Below, in pieces: positions 59,544 through 64,000 of a stretch of 64,000 nt of DNA. A model generated the notes under the pieces. That model had not been told where the DNA came from and made no database searches. It worked only from the letters and a program-made list of their open reading frames with translations. Made by a program: the position numbers and the translations under genes. The stretch lies in NCBI GenBank assembly GCA_963802005.1, contig CAWDGX010000001.1, positions 254,421-318,420 on the forward strand. Direction: 5' to 3'. Every line of letters starts with the position of its first letter. Within the stretch, counting starts at the first letter, position 1. The stretch comes from an uncultured Ignavibacteriaceae bacterium. Lineage in GTDB: Bacteria; Bacteroidota; Ignavibacteria; Ignavibacteriales; Ignavibacteriaceae.

Positions 59544-61481
59544 CTATTCCTTGTCTTTATTTTCTTTGTTATCGTTATCGTCAACAACTTCATAGGATGC
59601 ATCCTGAACATTATCCTTCTCTTCCTTAGGCTGTTCTGCACTACCGCCAGTTTGCTGTTCTCCACCTGGCTGCTGCTGACTTGCCTGCTGATAAAGCTTT
59701 GATGCAACTTCATTCCAGACTTTATTTAGCGATTCTGTTGCAGTTTTCATCTGTTCTGAATTATTTGTAGCGATAGCATCTTCAACTTTCTTGATTTCTA
59801 CCTCAAGTTTTGATTTATCATCAGCCGCAAGTTTGTCCTTCATTTCTTCCATCTGTTTCTTTGTTTGGAATACAAGACTATCAGCCTGGTTACGTATATC
59901 AACGCTTTCCTTCTTCGTTTTGTCTTCTGCTGCATGTTCTTTTGCATCATGTTTCATCTTTTCAATTTCTTCATTGCTTAATCCGCTTGAAGAAGTTATC
60001 CTTATGCTCTGCTCTTTATTTGTTGCTTTATCTTTAGCGTTGACATGAAGAATACCATTAGCATCAATATCAAATGTAACTTCAACCTGAGGGACACCTC
60101 TTGGTGCTGGTGGAATTCCATCTAAATGAAATCTTCCAAGCGTTCTGTTATCATTCGCCATTGGTCTTTCACCCTGTAAAACATTAATTTCTACAGATGG
60201 CTGATTATCTGATGCAGTCGAGAAAACTTCACTCTTCTTAGTTGGAATTGTTGTGTTTGCATCAATCAATTTTGTCATTACTCCGCCAAGAGTTTCAATT
60301 CCAAGTGATAATGGAGTCACATCAAGAAGAAGAACATCTTTTACATCACCGGCTAATACTCCACCCTGAATTGCTGCACCAACTGCAACAACTTCATCAG
60401 GATTAACGCCTTTGTGTGGATCTCTTCCAAACAAATCTTTTACAAGCTGCTGAACCATTGGTATCCTGGTTGAACCACCAACAAGAATTACTTCGTGTAT
60501 TTCTGAGGGCGAAACGCCTGCATCTTTTATTGCTTGCTGACACGGAACTTTTGTTCTATCAACCAGATCGTGAATTAATTGCTCAAATTTTGAGCGTGAT
60601 AAATTTATATTTAAATGTTTAGGTCCATCCTGAGTTGCAGTTATAAACGGAAGATTTACATCAGTTGAATTTGAAGATGATAATTCAATTTTTGCTTTCT
60701 CAGAGGCTTCTTTCAATCTCTGCAAAGCCATCGGATCTTTTTTGAGATCAATGCCTTCAGCTTTTTTGAATTCATCTGCCAGGTAGTCAATTAATCTCTG
60801 ATCAAAATCATCGCCGCCAAGATGTGTATCACCATTTGTAGATTTAACTTCGAATACACCATCCCCCAATTGCAGGATGGATACATCAAAAGTTCCACCA
60901 CCTAAATCATAAATAGCCACAGTATGATCTCTTTTCGTTTTATCCAAACCATAAGAAAGTGCTGCTGCAGTTGGTTCGTTTATAATTCGTTTCACCTGCA
61001 AGCCGGCTATTTCACCTGCATCTTTCGTTGCTTGTCTCTGCGAATCATTAAAGTAAGCCGGTACCGTAATAACTGCTTCGGTCACAGGTTGCCCAAGATA
61101 ATCTTCTGCAGTCTTTTTCATTTTCTGAAGAATCATTGCACTTATTTCAGGTGGTGAGTAAATCCGATCATCAATTTTAACTCTTGCAGAATCGCTTTCA
61201 CCAGGAATAACCTCATAAGGAACTTCACCTTTTTCGGTTCCGACTTCATTGATGAATCTGCCCATAAATCTTTTTATAGAAAAGACTGTGTTTTTTGGAT
61301 TCGTAATTGCCTGACGTTTTGCAGGTTGCCCGACAAGTCTTTCACCCGACTTGGTAAACGCAACCACGGATGGAGTTGTTCTTCCACCTTCCGAATTTGG
61401 TATTACCACCGGCTCATTTCCTTCCATAACCGCAACGCACGAATTTGTAGTCCCTAAATCAATTCCTATTATTTTTCCCAT
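59544..61481 (-). CDS. dnaK: molecular chaperone DnaK (Hsp70)
   Basis: 645-aa ORF; [21 protein letters not shown]..., [26 protein letters not shown] and an acidic C-terminal tail. Confidence 0.97.
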   Translation of the reverse strand: MGKIIGIDLGTTNSCVAVMEGNEPVVIPNSEGGRTTPSVVAFTKSGERLVGQPAKRQAITNPKNTVFSIKRFMGRFINEVGTEKGEVPYEVIPGESDSARVKIDDRIYSPPEISAMILQKMKKTAEDYLGQPVTEAVITVPAYFNDSQRQATKDAGEIAGLQVKRIINEPTAAALSYGLDKTKRDHTVAIYDLGGGTFDVSILQLGDGVFEVKSTNGDTHLGGDDFDQRLIDYLADEFKKAEGIDLKKDPMALQRLKEASEKAKIELSSSNSTDVNLPFITATQDGPKHLNINLSRSKFEQLIHDLVDRTKVPCQQAIKDAGVSPSEIHEVILVGGSTRIPMVQQLVKDLFGRDPHKGVNPDEVVAVGAAIQGGVLAGDVKDVLLLDVTPLSLGIETLGGVMTKLIDANTTIPTKKSEVFSTASDNQPSVEINVLQGERPMANDNRTLGRFHLDGIPPAPRGVPQVEVTFDIDANGILHVNAKDKATNKEQSIRITSSSGLSNEEIEKMKHDAKEHAAEDKTKKESVDIRNQADSLVFQTKKQMEEMKDKLAADDKSKLEVEIKKVEDAIATNNSEQMKTATESLNKVWNEVASKLYQQASQQQPGGEQQTGGSAEQPKEEKDNVQDASYEVVDDNDNKENKDKE

Positions 61482-61896
61482 TTTACCACTCCTTATATTT
61501 AAGATTTACTATTAATTTTTATTCTTTTTCAATATCTTTAATTACTGAACTGTGCTAATATCCAATATGAGTGCCATTTATTTGTTTGTCCATAAGTGAT
61601 TTATTTATAATGAGTTAAGTCGATTTGTTGTTCAGAAATAAACTAACTCATAAGACAGACATCTTGACATAATGACAGTTTTAATTGATAAAAGTCAATA
61701 TTGCTGACAAACAGGCTAGATCAACTAAATTCAATTAATCAGAGTTTTACCTATTCAGGATTTCACATAAAATAAAAGTCAGGCAAAATAAATCAATTTA
61801 GAATTAATAGATTCAATAGTAAAAATTAACTTCGGTTGCAGATGAGAAAAGTTCAGTTTCAATTGAGTAATTTTGTTTAAATCAATCGGAGAGAAA

Positions 61897-62670
61897 ATGT
61901 TCAACCTGGAAATTTTTGATATAAAACTTGAGACAGAACTACTCGGAAGAAATTTCATTTATTGTGATGAGATTGAATCAACAAACTCAGAACTACTTGA
62001 TGGTAAGCAGCAATACAAAAAAAACGGAACTGTCTTTCTTGCTGAGAAACAACTTGCTGGCAAAGGTAGAAAAGACCGAACCTGGTTAAGTGCAAAAGGA
62101 TTGAACCTTACTTTCTCAATTCTTTTAACCAATGAAACAGTAGCTGAACTAAATATAAATCATATAAATTTGATTGCATCGTTAGCAGTTTCAATGGCAA
62201 TTGAAAATCTTTATCAGTTAAGAACCGAACTTAAATGGCCAAATGATGTATTAATTGATAAGAAAAAAGTTGCGGGTATATTAATTGAAACATCCATCAA
62301 AGGAAAGAATGTTGAAAGAGTTGTGTTAGGGATGGGAATTAATTTAAATCAGATTGCTTTTCACGGTGAGTTTAACTTTCCACCAACATCATTAAAGCTT
62401 GAACTAGGAACAGATATAGACAGAGAAAATTTTCTCGCTGAAATACTAAATCTGTTTGAAGAACTATTATTAGAGCTTGGGAGCAATCCTGGCAATATCC
62501 TTAATGACTGGCGAAGTAAGTGTGAAATGATCGGTGATAAAATTACAATTACGGAAAACGATAAAGTAAAGACAGGAATTTTTCATGATATTGATGAAAA
62601 CGGATATCTTCTTCTGAAAAAGAATGATGCAATCGAAAAAATACATTTCGGTGATGTGAGTTTTGTCTGA
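61897..62670 (+). CDS. birA: biotin--[acetyl-CoA-carboxylase] ligase (class I, no HTH domain)
   Basis: ATG at 61897 preceded by GGAG (MFNLEIFDIKLETELLGRNF...). Motifs GKGRKDRTW and KWPNDVLIDKKKVAGILIE are present. The track's alternative start is at 61873. Confidence 0.88.
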   Translation: MFNLEIFDIKLETELLGRNFIYCDEIESTNSELLDGKQQYKKNGTVFLAEKQLAGKGRKDRTWLSAKGLNLTFSILLTNETVAELNINHINLIASLAVSMAIENLYQLRTELKWPNDVLIDKKKVAGILIETSIKGKNVERVVLGMGINLNQIAFHGEFNFPPTSLKLELGTDIDRENFLAEILNLFEELLLELGSNPGNILNDWRSKCEMIGDKITITENDKVKTGIFHDIDENGYLLLKKNDAIEKIHFGDVSFV

Positions 62671-63417
62671 TGTTTCTTGCTCTTGATATCGGTAATACAA
62701 ATATCAAATCAGCCTTATTTGCTGGCAATCAATTGGTGGATTTAACTACTCATTCCAGCACAGATGAAGCGGTTGAATTATATTAATAAAACTAGTTTCA
62801 ACGAAGCAGCTATCTGTTCAGTTAATCCTGCTGTACAAAAAATAATTTCAAGCAAAATATCTGCAAAGGGTGTTTCAATATTTGAAGCAAATATTCAACA
62901 AAAATTTAACCTGACTATCAAATATGAAACCCCTTCTACATTAGGAATGGACCGGGTATGCTCGGCTGTAGGTGCTTTGGAACTTGCGACAAATCAAAAA
63001 ATAATTTCAGAGAATCAATTTCTTATTACAATTGATTTTGGAACAGCCACTACAATAAATATAGTTTCTCCAAATAGAGAATTTATTGGCGGATTAATTG
63101 CTCCAGGTGTAAATACAATGCTTAATTCTTTGAATGAAAAAACTGCACAGCTTCCTCTGCCAAATCTGGAATCTTATCAAGGATTAATCGGTAATTCTAC
63201 AAACTCATCACTAATCAGTGGAGTTTTAACTGCAACCATTGGAATGATCAAGGAGACCGTGCGTCAATTAAAAGACGACTCAAATCAAAAGCCGCCTGTA
63301 ATATTTGTCACGGGAGGAAATTCAAAGTTCGTTCTGGCTCAACTTAATTATAAAGTTATTTTTGAGGAGGCTTTGGTACTTAAAGGTTTAAAGATTATTT
63401 ATGATTTGAATAATTGA
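62670..63417 (+). CDS. coaX: type III pantothenate kinase, frame broken at ~62770-62785
   Basis: The ATG at 62670 overlaps the birA stop and gives MFLALDIGNTNIKSALFAGNQLV... (the CoaX phosphate-1 motif), which stops at 62784-62786. ORF 62764..63417 continues in frame +1 (..INKTSFNEAAICSVNP...GMDRV...IDFGTATTINIV...GLIAPG). Confidence 0.85.
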
Positions 63418-63430
63418 AGAGTGGAGATGA

Positions 63431-64000
63431 TTAAATAGTAATAAGCATATTATCAATCAACCTCGTTTTACCTATCTTACTAGCAACCAGTATATAATAA
63501 TCTTTTCCTTCGATCAACTCATCAACAATTTCAAAAGTATCTGCTTCAACAATCTTTATGTAATCAAGATTAGCTGATGGAACTTTGGAAAAAAGTTCAT
63601 TCATATCCGATAGTATTATACTTACTCTTCTTTCACCGGTGGTAATATTTTTTTTTGCCAATTCAAGTGATTGATAAAGTACAAGCGCATCCTTTCTTTC
63701 TGAAGGAGACAGATAAACATTCCTGGAACTCAATGCTAAACCATCCGGTTCGCGGCAAATCGGACACGAAATAATTTTTACATCCAAATTTAAATCCATA
63801 GCCATCTGTTTTATTACTGCAAGTTGCTGAGCATCCTTCTGACCAAAAAAAACATAATCAGGTTGAACAGAATTCAATAATATCAGGACAACAGTTGCAA
63901 CACCACGAAAATGTGTTGGACGAAGTTCACCTTCCATTTTTTTTGTTACATATTCCACATTAACAAATGTCTGGAAATTTTTTGGGTAGATTTCTTCCGT
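63431..64000 (-). CDS. panC: pantoate--beta-alanine ligase, C-terminal part (5' end beyond the window)
   Basis: The frame stays open to the window edge (..TEEIYPKNFQTFVNVEYVTKKMEGELRPTHFRGVATVVLILLN.VQPDYVFFGQKDAQQLAVIKQM..DL...VKIISCPICREPDGLALSSRN), which is the PanC core. Confidence 0.88.
   Translation of the reverse strand, partial: TEEIYPKNFQTFVNVEYVTKKMEGELRPTHFRGVATVVLILLNSVQPDYVFFGQKDAQQLAVIKQMAMDLNLDVKIISCPICREPDGLALSSRNVYLSPSERKDALVLYQSLELAKKNITTGERRVSIILSDMNELFSKVPSANLDYIKIVEADTFEIVDELIEGKDYYILVASKIGKTRLIDNMLITI

Noticed and set aside
59495-59713. 72-aa ORF overlapping the dnaK 3' end and the dnaK-hsp20 spacer
   Set aside because: It overlaps the dnaK coding frame and the inter-genic terminator hairpin, and it has no similarity to anything I recognise.
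61545-61585. CIRCE-like sequence (CTGTGCTAA-N9-TGAGTGCCA) upstream of dnaK
   Set aside because: Both halves resemble the same CIRCE arm (GAGTGCTAA). They therefore form a direct repeat, not the inverted repeat TTAGCACTC-N9-GAGTGCTAA that HrcA requires.
5546-63417. Stop-codon reassignment or programmed ribosomal frameshifting as the explanation for the broken genes
   Set aside because: The continuing conserved peptide is almost always in a different frame, so the breaks are indels, not recoded stops. They lack slippery heptamers or downstream structures, and they occur at non-homologous positions in unrelated genes.

Overview
AT-rich 64-kb chromosomal window, probably from an FCB-group bacterium (Ignavibacteria/Bacteroidota-like). 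Support for that: several proteins end in the T9SS sorting domain 'NYPNPFNPsT..ky..P', a bTHX ribosomal protein is present, and many starts lack a Shine-Dalgarno sequence. No rRNA, tRNA, CRISPR array, transposase or integrase was found. Most content is core: nuoJKL, asnS, feoAB-fur, a KDO/LPS-export cluster (kdsA-kdsD-lptC-lptA-like-lptB), ruvB, dnaK-hsp20, birA-coaX, panC, several peptidases and two Na+/solute symporter loci. The non-core items worth a second look are: (1) the strongest candidate for an undescribed system, a two-gene operon at 7174-10400 encoding an SNF2-fold protein in which every ATPase motif looks degenerate, fused to a degenerate Mrr-like nuclease domain, plus a 177-aa partner I cannot place; (2) a ~7-kb T9SS-sorted gene built from 28 FG-GAP blades of 156 bp, arranged as 4 x (7 blades + FN3-like domain); (3) a bTHX ribosomal protein fused to a repetitive acidic/lysine tail ending in an AT-hook; (4) a family of short palindromic (REP/MITE-like) elements, one inserted in frame inside a T9SS sorting domain; (5) a four-helix-bundle (rRNA-IVS type) gene flanked by inverted repeats; (6) an AmgK/MurU-like cell-wall recycling pair carrying a RapZ-C-like domain. 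At least two dozen recognisable genes, including ruvB and coaX, are interrupted by 1-bp frame shifts or in-frame stops. I read this mainly as consensus error, not pseudogenisation, so several ORF-track fragments are merged below into single genes with approximate break points.
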